Assembly (NCBI GenBank): GCA_964614555.1 | Contig: CAZTPB010000002.1 | Location: forward strand, 1 to 33,975 | Length of the DNA: 33,975 nucleotides | Source of the DNA: an uncultured Bacteroides sp. | Lineage (GTDB): Bacteria; Bacteroidota; Bacteroidia; Bacteroidales; Bacteroidaceae | Direction: 5' to 3' | In this document: positions 18,792 through 27,719 of the stretch, in pieces | How the letters are laid out: the number at the start of each line of letters is the position of its first letter | How positions within the stretch are numbered: the first letter of the stretch is position 1 | Notes under the pieces: generated by a model | What the model was told of the DNA's origin: nothing | What the model saw: the letters and a program-made list of their open reading frames with translations, nothing else | Databases searched by the model: none | Program-made: the position numbers and the translations under genes

Positions 18792-19676
18792 TCAGAAATT
18801 CAGGCTGCACTTCACTCCGTAGGAGTTACCTTGTTTCAGGTCAAGTTCGTTGTTGTTGATTACGGTAGGGTACATTTTCATACTCAGGTCTTTGCTGATG
18901 TCGAAGTTGGCCAGTTCGGCATCTACGTAGGCATCTATGATGGATACGATATAGACACCGATGAAGCAGAAGATGCTCAGGTCTCGGTATCTTCTGTACG
19001 AATCTTTTTTTCGTTTGATTACCTTTTTGAGGTAGTCCATGTTCGCTTCTACATTGTATCCCGGAGGAAGCAGGTCGAGGTAGCTGTCGGTGTTTGGATT
19101 GTCGTCCATGATGTCGAGGTAGGCTTGTGAATAGTCGTCGTACATTTGTCCGTTCCATGTGAGGGCATAGGCACACCCTACGAATCCGCCATAGACGATG
19201 GGCAGTTTCCAGTATTTCCGGTTGTAGATTTGTCCTCCTCCGGGGAAGATGACAGCCAGCCAAGTGGCTTTTGCCGGATCGGGCACGAACACTTTTTTGT
19301 TTTCGAATCGGTTCGTAGGTTCTATGGGTGGTATATTTTGGATGAGCAGGGCAGTGTCCACCGGTGCTTCCGTCTCTTGTATGTTTTCAGCGTTCATCCT
19401 TGCAATGCTGTCGGAGGTGATGGCGTCGGCTGATGCTTGTGTGCCCGATTCCGGCTCAGTCGGTTGTTGGCTGATCAACGAATCTGTTTGGTTGGCAGGA
19501 ACCAGTTGTTTTTGGCTGATGCGTGCCCTTTGCCTTCTTTGTAAGGCTTTAGGCAATTCTTTTACAGGCTCTTGTTCTTTTTGTTGGGCCATGGCGGGGA
19601 GTGCTTCCATCTGTAGGATGAAGCAAACCAGTGCGGTTATAATATAATAAGGTATCTGTCGGTTCTGTTTCAACAT
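18792..19676 (-). CDS. DUF5683-type membrane/exported protein
   Basis: PDPAKATWLAVIFPGGGQIYNRKYWKLPIVYGG and IIDAYVDA motifs; typical position between parB and mltD in Bacteroidetes. Confidence 0.8.
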   Translation of the reverse strand: MLKQNRQIPYYIITALVCFILQMEALPAMAQQKEQEPVKELPKALQRRQRARISQKQLVPANQTDSLISQQPTEPESGTQASADAITSDSIARMNAENIQETEAPVDTALLIQNIPPIEPTNRFENKKVFVPDPAKATWLAVIFPGGGQIYNRKYWKLPIVYGGFVGCAYALTWNGQMYDDYSQAYLDIMDDNPNTDSYLDLLPPGYNVEANMDYLKKVIKRKKDSYRRYRDLSIFCFIGVYIVSIIDAYVDAELANFDISKDLSMKMYPTVINNNELDLKQGNSYGVKCSLNF

Positions 19677-19700
19677 ATGCCTTTCTTTGTTCGTTGGTTG

Positions 19701-20588
19701 TTATTTCAGTTGGTCGAGTATTCCCACTATGCGCTCCAGGTCTTCTTCGTTATTGAAAGGGATGCTGATTTTCCCCTTTCCCTTTTCCGAACACGTGAGT
19801 TGCACTTTACTGCTGAAAAATTCCGAGAGATGGCGCTTCAGCAGGTTATATTCTTCGGGCAGTCTGTTGCCTTTAGGGGTTATCTTCTTGTTTCCGCTTT
19901 TGACGGTTTCTCCTTCGCTGAGAGCCTTCACCATCTGTTCCACCTTGCGTACGGAGTATCCTTCGCGTATGGCTTCTTCGAAAATGCGGATTTGCAGGGT
20001 GGGGTTGTCAAGTGTGAGCAGTGCGCGTGCGTGTCCCATATCGATTTCCTTGTTTTGCAGAGCTACTTGTATGGGGGCGGGTAGTTTCAGCAAGCGCAGG
20101 TAGTTGGCGATGGTTGTCCGTTTCTTCCCTACCCGTTCGCTGAGTCGCTCTTGTGTCAGGCCGTATTGTTCTATCAGGTGTTGGTAAGCCAGGGCTATTT
20201 CCAGTGAGTTGAGGTCTTCGCGCTGGATGTTTTCAATGAGTGCCATTTCCATCACGTTCTCGTCGTCCGCTGTGCGTATATAGGCGGGAATCGTGGCAAG
20301 TCCTGCCAGTTGTGATGCACGGTAACGTCTCTCTCCGGCAATGATTTGGTAGTTGTCCTCGGCCTGTTTTCTCAGTGTGATGGGTTGTATGATGCCTATT
20401 TCAGCGATGGAGTCGGCCAATTCTTGCAGGGCTGTCTGGTCAAATTCGCGTCTTGGTTGGTTGGGGTTGGCTTTGATGAACCCGATGGGTATTTCGTGTA
20501 TGGACGATGAACCTTCCGTCTTCACCTCGTCAGTAGAGATGAGAGCATCAAGTCCTCGTCCGAGTGCAAATTTCTTATGTGGTGCCAT
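19701..20588 (-). CDS. parB: Chromosome partitioning protein ParB/Spo0J
   Basis: LGRGLDAL, NPNQPR, IIAGERRYRA (CTP-binding), ENIQREDL, HTH region, GHARALL. Confidence 0.95.
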   Translation of the reverse strand: MAPHKKFALGRGLDALISTDEVKTEGSSSIHEIPIGFIKANPNQPRREFDQTALQELADSIAEIGIIQPITLRKQAEDNYQIIAGERRYRASQLAGLATIPAYIRTADDENVMEMALIENIQREDLNSLEIALAYQHLIEQYGLTQERLSERVGKKRTTIANYLRLLKLPAPIQVALQNKEIDMGHARALLTLDNPTLQIRIFEEAIREGYSVRKVEQMVKALSEGETVKSGNKKITPKGNRLPEEYNLLKRHLSEFFSSKVQLTCSEKGKGKISIPFNNEEDLERIVGILDQLK

Positions 20589-20622
20589 AAATGTTCTTTT
20601 CTTCGTAGTTCGTTTTTTGTTT

Positions 20623-21402
20623 TCAAAGTTTGTTCATCTTGTTCCTTCTGATGATTTCTTGTGCAAGTGCCAAATGGTTGCGTGCGCCGGTAGAGTCGGC
20701 ATCATAGAGGATGACGGGAATCCCGTGGCTTGGTGCTTCGCTCAGTTTCACGTTGCGTTGTATGACGGTGCGGAATACCAGTTCCTGAAAATGTCTTTTC
20801 ACCTCGTCATATACCTGATTGTGCAGCCTGAGCCGCGAGTCGTACATGGTGAGCAGGAAGCCTTCTATTTCCAATCCGGGGTTCAGTTTTGCCTTGATGA
20901 TTTTGATGGTATTCAGCAGCTTGCTGATGCCTTCAAGTGCAAAATATTCGCATTGCACGGGGATGATTACCGAATCGGCAGCAGTAAGCGAGTTGATGGT
21001 GATGAGACCCAACGAGGGCGAGCAGTCAATGAGTATGTAGTCATATTCCGTGCGCATCTCTTCAAGGATTCGTTTCAGCACCTTTTCTCTGTTCGGAAGG
21101 TTGAGCATTTCGATTTCGGCTCCTACCAGGTCGATGTGCGAGGGCACGATGTCAAGGGTGTCTATGAAGTCGGTCGTATAGATGGCTTCACGAATGTCCT
21201 TGTGGTCGATGATGCACTCGTAGATGGAGCAGTCGATTTCCTTGATGTCCACACCAAGCCCCGACGACGCATTAGCTTGCGGGTCGGCATCGATGACGAG
21301 TACCTTTTTTTCCAAAGTGGCCAGCGATGCGGCCAAATTGATGGTGGTTGTGGTTTTTCCTACACCACCCTTTTGGTTAGCCAAAGCAATGATTTTTCCC
21401 AT
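20623..21402 (-). CDS. parA: Chromosome partitioning ATPase ParA/Soj
   Basis: Deviant Walker A NQKGGVGKTT, DADPQAN, DCSPSLG, QCEYFALEG, EAPSHG. Confidence 0.95.
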   Translation of the reverse strand: MGKIIALANQKGGVGKTTTTINLAASLATLEKKVLVIDADPQANASSGLGVDIKEIDCSIYECIIDHKDIREAIYTTDFIDTLDIVPSHIDLVGAEIEMLNLPNREKVLKRILEEMRTEYDYILIDCSPSLGLITINSLTAADSVIIPVQCEYFALEGISKLLNTIKIIKAKLNPGLEIEGFLLTMYDSRLRLHNQVYDEVKRHFQELVFRTVIQRNVKLSEAPSHGIPVILYDADSTGARNHLALAQEIIRRNKMNKL

Positions 21403-21480
21403 AGAAAACTTTTTTATCGGCTGCGAAATAAGCCATATTTCTCCAAATGACCTACAAAGTTGTCGGAAGATTGCTCCAAC

Positions 21481-21510
21481 TGTTGATAACTTGCCCGTAT
21501 TGTTGAAAAC
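21481..21510 (-). promoter_or_regulatory. Two DnaA-box-like direct repeats upstream of parA
   Basis: TGTTGATAAC (21481-21490) and TGTTGAAAAC (21501-21510), 20 bp apart. They contain TTATCAACA and TTTTCAACA on minus, each one mismatch from TTWTNCACA. Confidence 0.5.
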
Positions 21511-21554
21511 CTTATAGCTTCTTTTTCGTGTGCCTTTTTGCCTGCAAACGGCTA

Positions 21555-21562
21555 CAAAGATA
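21555..21562 (-). promoter_or_regulatory. -7 box (TATCTTTG) for the parA operon
   Basis: caaagata on plus strand, about 150 bp upstream of the parA ATG. Confidence 0.55.
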
Positions 21563-21592
21563 TATTTTTTTGAGCAAATATCCTATTCCCTC

Positions 21593-21624
21593 TTTGGCGC
21601 ATTACATTTTTTTGGCTATTTTTG
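21593..21624 (+). promoter_or_regulatory. Consensus promoter for surE-lpxB
   Basis: TTTG (21593-21596), 20 nt, then TATTTTTG (21617-21624). Confidence 0.7.
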
Positions 21625-21665
21625 CACCTATTCTGAGTGAAACATTGAAAAAAACAGCTGAAATC

Positions 21666-22454
21666 ATGGTATCATCCAAACCTCTTATCCTCATTTCCAA
21701 CGACGATGGCTATACGGCCAAAGGTATCAACGAACTGGTCGGATTCTTGCGCGACATGGCCGATATCGTTGTGGTGGCTCCCGACGGTCCGCGTTCAGGC
21801 ATGGCCGCTGCTATCACTTCGCAGGTGCCTGTCACTTTTGCTCCCGTCAGTCTCACTCCCGGTGTATCTGTCTATCGGTGTACGGGTACTCCTGTCGATT
21901 GTGTCAAATTGGGGCTTGAGGCGGTGGTGAGGCGTCGTCCTGACATCGTCATTGGCGGCATTAATCACGGCGACAATTCGGCCGTCAATGTCCACTATTC
22001 GGGTACGATGGGGGTGGTGCTTGAGGGGTGTATGAAGGGCATCCCTTCCATTGGATTCTCGGTGTGCGACCATGATCCGGACCTCGACTTCTCCCCCACC
22101 CGCGACTACGTCCGGCAGCTTGTCCGCCAGGTGCTTGAACAAGGGCTTCCTGGAGGTACCTGCCTGAACGTCAACTTTCCTGAAAAGGCTCCCTACGAGG
22201 GTGTGAAGGTGTGTCGCCAGACAGTGGGACGCTGGGAGAACGAGTGGGCTTCTTTGCCCCATCCGCGTGGTGGAGGAGACATCTATTGGCTCACCGGACG
22301 TTTTGCCAACCACGAGCCGGAGGCTACTGACACCGACCGTTGGGCATTGGAGCACGGCTATGTGGCCATCACTCCTACGCAGGTGGATATGACGGCTTAT
22401 GGATTGTTGGAAGAAATGAAGAAAAGTTATGAAATACTATCTCATAGCCGGTGA
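21666..22454 (+). CDS. surE: 5'/3'-nucleotidase SurE
   Basis: ILISNDDG, VVAP, GTPVDCVK, GINHGDN, YSGT, NVNFP. ATG at 21666 follows the promoter. Confidence 0.95.
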   Translation: MVSSKPLILISNDDGYTAKGINELVGFLRDMADIVVVAPDGPRSGMAAAITSQVPVTFAPVSLTPGVSVYRCTGTPVDCVKLGLEAVVRRRPDIVIGGINHGDNSAVNVHYSGTMGVVLEGCMKGIPSIGFSVCDHDPDLDFSPTRDYVRQLVRQVLEQGLPGGTCLNVNFPEKAPYEGVKVCRQTVGRWENEWASLPHPRGGGDIYWLTGRFANHEPEATDTDRWALEHGYVAITPTQVDMTAYGLLEEMKKSYEILSHSR

Positions 22455-23577
22455 GGCATCCGGTGACCTCCATGCCTCCAACCTCATGCGTGCCCTTTGC
22501 CGTGAAGACGAAGGGGCAGAATTCCGCTTTTTCGGAGGAGACCTTATGAGCAGCGTGGGCGGCACATGTGTCAAGCACTATCGCGAGATGGCCTATATGG
22601 GATTCATTCCCGTGTTGATGCACTTGCCGGAGATATTCGGCAATATGCGTCTCTGCAAGCGTGATATTATCGGATGGCAGCCTGATGTGGTCATCCTTAT
22701 CGACTATCCGGGGTTCAATCTTGACATAGCAGCCTATGTGCATACCCATACACATATCCCTGTTTTCTATTATATATCGCCCAAAATATGGGCGTGGAAG
22801 GAATATCGCATCCGTCAGATCCGGCGCGATGTGGATGCTTTGTTCAGTATCCTCCCCTTTGAGGTGCCTTTTTTCGAGCAGAAGCACGGCTACCCCATCC
22901 GCTATGTGGGAAACCCCTGTGTGGATGCTGTCGAACGTTTCCGTCAGGGATATACAGCCACGGTCGAGGAGTTTGCTGCTGCCCATGGGTTGGATGGTCG
23001 CCCCATCATTGCCCTTTTGGCCGGCAGCCGGAAACAGGAGATTAAGGACAACCTGCCTGCCATGATTGAGGCCGCCGCTTTCTTCACTGACCATCAGATG
23101 GTCATTGCCGGTGCGCCGGGTATCGATCCTGAATATTACCGCCGCTACATTCCCGAGGGGGCATCCGTCAGCATTCTTTTCGGACAGACTTACCCGCTGC
23201 TCACCCATGCCCGTGCGGCACTCGTCACTTCGGGCACGGCCACGTTGGAGACGGCACTCTTCCGCGTGCCGCAGGTGGTTTGTTATTATGTAGCCATGGG
23301 GCGGTTCGTCTCCTTCCTGCGCCGTCATTTGTTGAAGGTGCCTTACATCTCGCTCGTCAATCTTATAGCCGACCGTGAGGTGGTGGCCGAACTGGTGGCC
23401 GACTCCATGACGGTCAGCAACGTACGCCGCCATCTTGCCGACTTGCTCGGCGATGCATCGCCCTCGCGTCAAGCCATGCTCGACGGCTATACGGAGGTTA
23501 TCCGCCTTCTCGGTCCTGCAGGTGCTTCAGAAAAGGCGGCGCGGGAGATGGTGACGGAATTGAAGAATAGAAAATAA
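22429..23577 (+). CDS. lpxB: Lipid-A-disaccharide synthase
   Basis: IAGEASGDLH, IDYPGFN, YYISPKIWAW, ILPFE, GSRKQE, SGTATLE, SLVNLI. Overlaps the end of surE. Confidence 0.95.
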   Translation: MKYYLIAGEASGDLHASNLMRALCREDEGAEFRFFGGDLMSSVGGTCVKHYREMAYMGFIPVLMHLPEIFGNMRLCKRDIIGWQPDVVILIDYPGFNLDIAAYVHTHTHIPVFYYISPKIWAWKEYRIRQIRRDVDALFSILPFEVPFFEQKHGYPIRYVGNPCVDAVERFRQGYTATVEEFAAAHGLDGRPIIALLAGSRKQEIKDNLPAMIEAAAFFTDHQMVIAGAPGIDPEYYRRYIPEGASVSILFGQTYPLLTHARAALVTSGTATLETALFRVPQVVCYYVAMGRFVSFLRRHLLKVPYISLVNLIADREVVAELVADSMTVSNVRRHLADLLGDASPSRQAMLDGYTEVIRLLGPAGASEKAAREMVTELKNRK

Positions 23578-23593
23578 AAGAATAAATAGAGTG

Positions 23594-24136
23594 ATGATAC
23601 TGAATGAACGAACTGAGCGCCACGCACATATCCTCAACGTGGCCAGACAAATGATGACCGCTGCACGCACTGCCCCCAAAGGAAAGGGCATTGATGTGGT
23701 GGAGGCAGCCGTCGTTGACGGCGAAGAGTTGCAGCTTCTCAGCCGTACTACGCGTGAGATGTCTGCCGAAAATGGATTCAAGTTTTTTCTGCGCGATGCT
23801 GATAATATCCTCAGTGCTGAAGCTGTGGTATTGATTGGTACACGCGAACAACCGCAAGGACTCAATTGCGGACATTGTGGTTTTGCCCTCTGTTCCGACC
23901 GTCCTGCCGGTGTGCCCTGTGCGCTCAACACACTCGACCTCGGCATTGCCATCGGTTCTGCTTGTGCCACTGCTGCCGACCTCCGCGTAGATACCCGTGT
24001 GATGTTCTCCGTCGGACAGGCTGCCCGCCGTCTTGGTTTTTTGCCCGAATGTCATTGTGTGATGGCCATCCCTGTGAGTGCATCGTCAAAAAATCCTTTT
24101 TTTGACCGCAAACCCAAGGAGGAGCAAAAGGGATGA
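23594..24136 (+). CDS. DUF2148-type ferredoxin-domain protein
   Basis: AARTAPKGKG, FFLRDADN, Cys cluster CGHCGFALC...C, DLGIAIGSA, DTRVMFSVG, KNPFFDR. ATG at 23594, or GTG at 23591. Confidence 0.82.
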   Translation: MILNERTERHAHILNVARQMMTAARTAPKGKGIDVVEAAVVDGEELQLLSRTTREMSAENGFKFFLRDADNILSAEAVVLIGTREQPQGLNCGHCGFALCSDRPAGVPCALNTLDLGIAIGSACATAADLRVDTRVMFSVGQAARRLGFLPECHCVMAIPVSASSKNPFFDRKPKEEQKG

Positions 24137-24238
24137 GTGAAGGTGTGCGAAGCTGCCGACGATGTCCCCCTCTCCGTGAGGACGGTGTGGCAGACGTGAT
24201 AGGGAAATTTTTATGATTTAGTCTTTTTTTTCTTTTGT

Positions 24239-26707
24239 TTATCCAATCACTTTGAAGCGGGCGAAGCGGAGCAGCAGTTGCTTCTCTCCCACGTTGCGGA
24301 AGCGGATGGTGGCTTTGCGGTTGTCACCGTCACCCTCCACTTTCAACACATCGCCGATGCCGAAGCGTTCGTGTTCGATGACTTGTCCGGCCTGTAGTCC
24401 TCCTGCCGGAGTGGCGGATGCAGTTGATGCTGTCATTGGTGTGTGGCTCACACGCTTCATGCCGGAAGGGATGACGGGCGGCACGGTGGATGGCGATGCG
24501 GGCTTGCGGAAGGGGGTGTGTGAGGACGTGCGCTCTTCGTCGCGGAAGGTGCAGCCCGTAGCATGGCGTTGCCAAGAGGGAGTTTTGCGGTGGTCGTCTT
24601 CATCCTCGCGTTCGCGCCACGAGGAGAATGGCCGGCGGGCGAATCCGCCATTGTCGGTGGATGTGTAGGAGGTGGATGTGCTCCGTGAAGGGGTGAGTGA
24701 AGGGGTGAGTGAAGGGGTGAGTGAAGGGATGCCAGCGTCGGGCATGGAGAGGTATCGCGGATCGATGTCTTTCAGGAATCGGCTGGGATTGCTGAATTCC
24801 GTTTTGCCGTAGCGGAATCGGCTTCGTGCGAACGAGAGGAAACAGTGTTCTTCGGCGCGTGTGATGGCTACGTAAAAGAGGCGTCGTTCCTCTTCCATCT
24901 GTTTGTATGAGTCCTGTGCCATGGGGCTTGGGAAGAGGTTTTCTTCCAGCCCCACTACATAGACGGCTCTGAACTCCAGTCCCTTTGCCGAGTGCATGGT
25001 CATCAGGGTGATTTTGTCCTCGTCACCGTTGCCTTTGTTGGTGTCCATTTCCGATAATAGCGACACTTCCGATAAGAAGTCGTTCAGCATCATGTGAGGG
25101 TTCCCTTCCTCTTCGCGTGTGGCGCAAAAGTCGTGTATGCTGGCGGCAAACTCTTCGATGTTCTCCTGCCGGCTCAACCCTTCGGGAGTGCGGTCTTGCA
25201 GGATGTCGTTCATCACGCCGCTCTGCCGGATGATGTCCTGTCCCAACTCGTAGGCACTCCGTGTCTCCACGGCATTGATGAATGTGCTGATGAGTGTGCG
25301 GAAGGTTTGCAGCTTGGCGTGCGTCCCCTTGTTGATGTCCAGTCCGTGTGCCAAGGGGTTGCAGATGACCTCCCAAAGGCTGACTCCTTCGCGTGTGGCG
25401 GCTTCGGTGATGCGCGAGACGGTGGTGTTGCCGATGCCCCTTGCAGGATAGTTGATGATACGCTTCAGTGCCTCCTCGTCGTGTGGGTTGACGGCCATGC
25501 GGAAGTAGGCGATGATGTCCTTTATTTCCTTGCGCTGGTAGAACGAGAGTCCGCCGTAGATGCGGCAGGGAATGGATCGTTTGCGCAGTGCCTCCTCAAA
25601 GATACGGCTCTGTGCATTGGTGCGGTAGAGTATGGCCTGTTGGCTGTAGGGGATGTTCTGCCGGCGGTATAGCTCGGTGATTTTGTTGGCCACGATTTCG
25701 CCCTCTTCGATGTCGGAGTATGCGGCAAAGACGCGGAGTGCCTCCCCTTTGTCTTTCTCTGAGAAGACCTCTTTGCGTATCTGCTCGCTGTTTTTGGCAA
25801 TGAGGCTGTTGGCAGCGTTCACGATAGTCTGCGTCGAGCGGTAGTTCTGTTGGAGTTTGAAGAGGCGTGTGCCCGTGTATTGCTGGCTGAATTTGAGGAT
25901 GTTGTCGATGTTTGCCCCACGGAAAGAGTAGATGCTCTGTGCGTCGTCGCCCACCACACAGATGTGCTGGTGTCGGGCGGTGAGCTGCCACACGATGGTG
26001 TGCTGTGCGAAGTTGGTGTCCTGATACTCGTCCACGAGTACGTAGCGGAACTGTGCGGCATAGCGTTCCCTTATCTCGGGGTGGCTGTCGAAGAGCATCC
26101 AGGTGTAGAGCAGCAGGTCGTCGAAGTCCATGGCGTCGGCCTGTCGGCATCGTTCCCAATAGTGTCGGTAGATGGTGTGTATGGCGGGCATTTTGGCTGC
26201 CGCGTCAGCTTGTATCATCTGTCGGTCTGCAGCATATGCCGAAGGCAGTATCAGACGGTTTTTGGCGTTCGAGATATGGCTCTGTACGGTGCCCGGTTTG
26301 TAGGTTTTCTCGTCGAGCCCCATCTCCTTGATGATGGCTTTCAGCAGGCTTTTCGAGTCAGAGGCATCGTAGATGGTGAACCGGTGTGTGAATCCCAGTG
26401 CCTCGGCCTCCGTGCGCAGGATGCGTGAGAACACGGAGTGGAAGGTGCCCATCCACAAGCCTTGTGCCTGTGGCCCCACGAAGTGGCTGATACGGATTTT
26501 CATCTCATTGGCGGCCTTGTTGGTGAAGGTCAGTGCCAGTATGTTCCAGGGGGCATATCCTTCGTTGAGCAGGCAGGCTATCTTGTGTGTCAGCACACGT
26601 GTCTTTCCCGATCCTGCACCGGCTATCACCAGAGCCGGTCCATCGTTGTAGAGCACGGCTGCCCGTTGCTCCTCGTTCAGGGAATCCAGTATTTCGTCAG
26701 CAATCAT
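24239..26707 (-). CDS. uvrD: ATP-dependent DNA helicase UvrD/PcrA
   Basis: AGAGSGKT, TFTNKAA, GTFHS, VDEYQDTN, VGDDAQSIYSFRGA, NYRST, YRTNAQSR, MHSAKGLEF, EERRLFYVAITRA; C-terminal Tudor-like domain (HERFGIG). Confidence 0.95.
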   Translation of the reverse strand: MIADEILDSLNEEQRAAVLYNDGPALVIAGAGSGKTRVLTHKIACLLNEGYAPWNILALTFTNKAANEMKIRISHFVGPQAQGLWMGTFHSVFSRILRTEAEALGFTHRFTIYDASDSKSLLKAIIKEMGLDEKTYKPGTVQSHISNAKNRLILPSAYAADRQMIQADAAAKMPAIHTIYRHYWERCRQADAMDFDDLLLYTWMLFDSHPEIRERYAAQFRYVLVDEYQDTNFAQHTIVWQLTARHQHICVVGDDAQSIYSFRGANIDNILKFSQQYTGTRLFKLQQNYRSTQTIVNAANSLIAKNSEQIRKEVFSEKDKGEALRVFAAYSDIEEGEIVANKITELYRRQNIPYSQQAILYRTNAQSRIFEEALRKRSIPCRIYGGLSFYQRKEIKDIIAYFRMAVNPHDEEALKRIINYPARGIGNTTVSRITEAATREGVSLWEVICNPLAHGLDINKGTHAKLQTFRTLISTFINAVETRSAYELGQDIIRQSGVMNDILQDRTPEGLSRQENIEEFAASIHDFCATREEEGNPHMMLNDFLSEVSLLSEMDTNKGNGDEDKITLMTMHSAKGLEFRAVYVVGLEENLFPSPMAQDSYKQMEEERRLFYVAITRAEEHCFLSFARSRFRYGKTEFSNPSRFLKDIDPRYLSMPDAGIPSLTPSLTPSLTPSRSTSTSYTSTDNGGFARRPFSSWREREDEDDHRKTPSWQRHATGCTFRDEERTSSHTPFRKPASPSTVPPVIPSGMKRVSHTPMTASTASATPAGGLQAGQVIEHERFGIGDVLKVEGDGDNRKATIRFRNVGEKQLLLRFARFKVIG
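24685..24728. repeat. In-frame 12-bp tandem repeat (GTGAAGGGGTGA x3.7) in uvrD
   Basis: Three perfect copies plus 8 bp; encodes PSLT-PSLT-PSLT-PS. Confidence 0.95.
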
Positions 26708-26763
26708 CTGTATATCTTTTAGTTGTTTTCTTGTGTGGTAAGATAGGCTTTCACAGCTATGTG

Positions 26764-26794
26764 CAAAGATACGACATTTTCAGCTAAGTGCAAG
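26764..26794 (-). promoter_or_regulatory. Promoter for uvrD
   Basis: Minus strand CTTG (26791-26794), 19 nt, then TATCTTTG (26764-26771). Confidence 0.65.
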
Positions 26795-26834
26795 CTTTTG
26801 GCCATTTATTTTTTCGGTGGCGGCACATCGGCAA

Positions 26835-26882
26835 ATACCTAAAAATAGGGATTGTCCGTTTGGCAAAAAAAATGTAATTTTG
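26835..26882 (+). promoter_or_regulatory. Promoter of the hemerythrin-LuxR operon with palindromic operator
   Basis: ATACCTA-AAAA-TAGGGAT (26835-26852) overlapping ATTG -33-like box (26851-26854), 20 nt, then TAATTTTG (26875-26882). Confidence 0.7.
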
Positions 26883-26915
26883 CAGCGTAAAACAATAAAT
26901 AAGGACATAACGACC

Positions 26916-27719
26916 ATGCACACAAACAATACCACATACCATGCTGCCGACCGCATGAGCGACCTCATACAGGGCGACTACCGCCTGCTGCAGGTGATGA
27001 GCCGGTTCGGCATCGCATTGGGTTTTGGCGATCAGACGGCCGGCGAGGTGTGCACCGCTGCCGGAGTACACACCGAGACCTTTTTGGCCGTGGCAAAGTT
27101 CATGCAGGAGGAGGACGAACAGGTGCACGACAATGTGGAGGCACTTTCGCTCACGGCCCTGCTCGACTATCTGAAGCGGGCGCACAGCTATTACCTCGAT
27201 TTTTCCCTGCCTGCCATCCGGCAGAAGCTCGTGCGGGTCATCGACGCTACGGGCGGAGGTGAAATAGGGAGGCTCATCCTGAGGTTTTTCGACGAATATG
27301 CGGGCGAGGTGCGCGAGCACATGGAGTTTGAAGACCGCTATGAGTTCGCTTACGTGCGCAGCCTTATGCGGGGCGATGTGGAGCATGCTGAGGAGATAGC
27401 CCGGCAGGTGTGCCCGCCCAAGGCATCGTCTCCTTGCTTGCTGGATACGGCTCCCAGCGTCTATCAGGCTGGTGGGCGGAGTAATATCTTGCTCTTCACC
27501 CGCCGCCATGCCATGCAGCACAAGCTGATAGACGGCAAGTTGGCCGAGCTGAAGAACATCATTATCAAGTATTACCCCTCGCAGGGCGACAACCCGCTCT
27601 TGGGGGCAGTGTTGTTCGACATCTTCATCTGCGAGGAGGATCTCGCGCTGCATTGTCGGATAGAGGACTGCCTCTTCGTGCCTGCCGTGCGCCTGCTGGA
27701 GAAAAAACGTGGCGTATGA
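26916..27719 (+). CDS. Hemerythrin-domain protein with ScdA/RIC-like N-terminus
   Basis: N-terminal MSDLI...MSRFGIALGFGDQTAGEVC; hemerythrin-type ligand motifs AHSYY, EHMEFED, QH, LHCRIED. ATG 26916 follows the promoter. Confidence 0.82.
   Translation: MHTNNTTYHAADRMSDLIQGDYRLLQVMSRFGIALGFGDQTAGEVCTAAGVHTETFLAVAKFMQEEDEQVHDNVEALSLTALLDYLKRAHSYYLDFSLPAIRQKLVRVIDATGGGEIGRLILRFFDEYAGEVREHMEFEDRYEFAYVRSLMRGDVEHAEEIARQVCPPKASSPCLLDTAPSVYQAGGRSNILLFTRRHAMQHKLIDGKLAELKNIIIKYYPSQGDNPLLGAVLFDIFICEEDLALHCRIEDCLFVPAVRLLEKKRGV

Noticed and set aside
19701..21665. parS site near parAB
   Set aside because: No match to the TGTTTCACGTGAAACA palindrome was seen. GTTTCACGTTGCG at about 20745 in parA is only a half match within coding sequence.
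21403..21665. oriC in the parA-surE intergenic region
   Set aside because: Only two imperfect DnaA boxes, no evident unwinding element, and the region is occupied by divergent promoters.
24137..24238. Terminator between DUF2148 and uvrD
   Set aside because: The candidate stem (CTGCC...GGCAG) needs several bulges and is not directly followed by a U-tract, so it is too weak to call.
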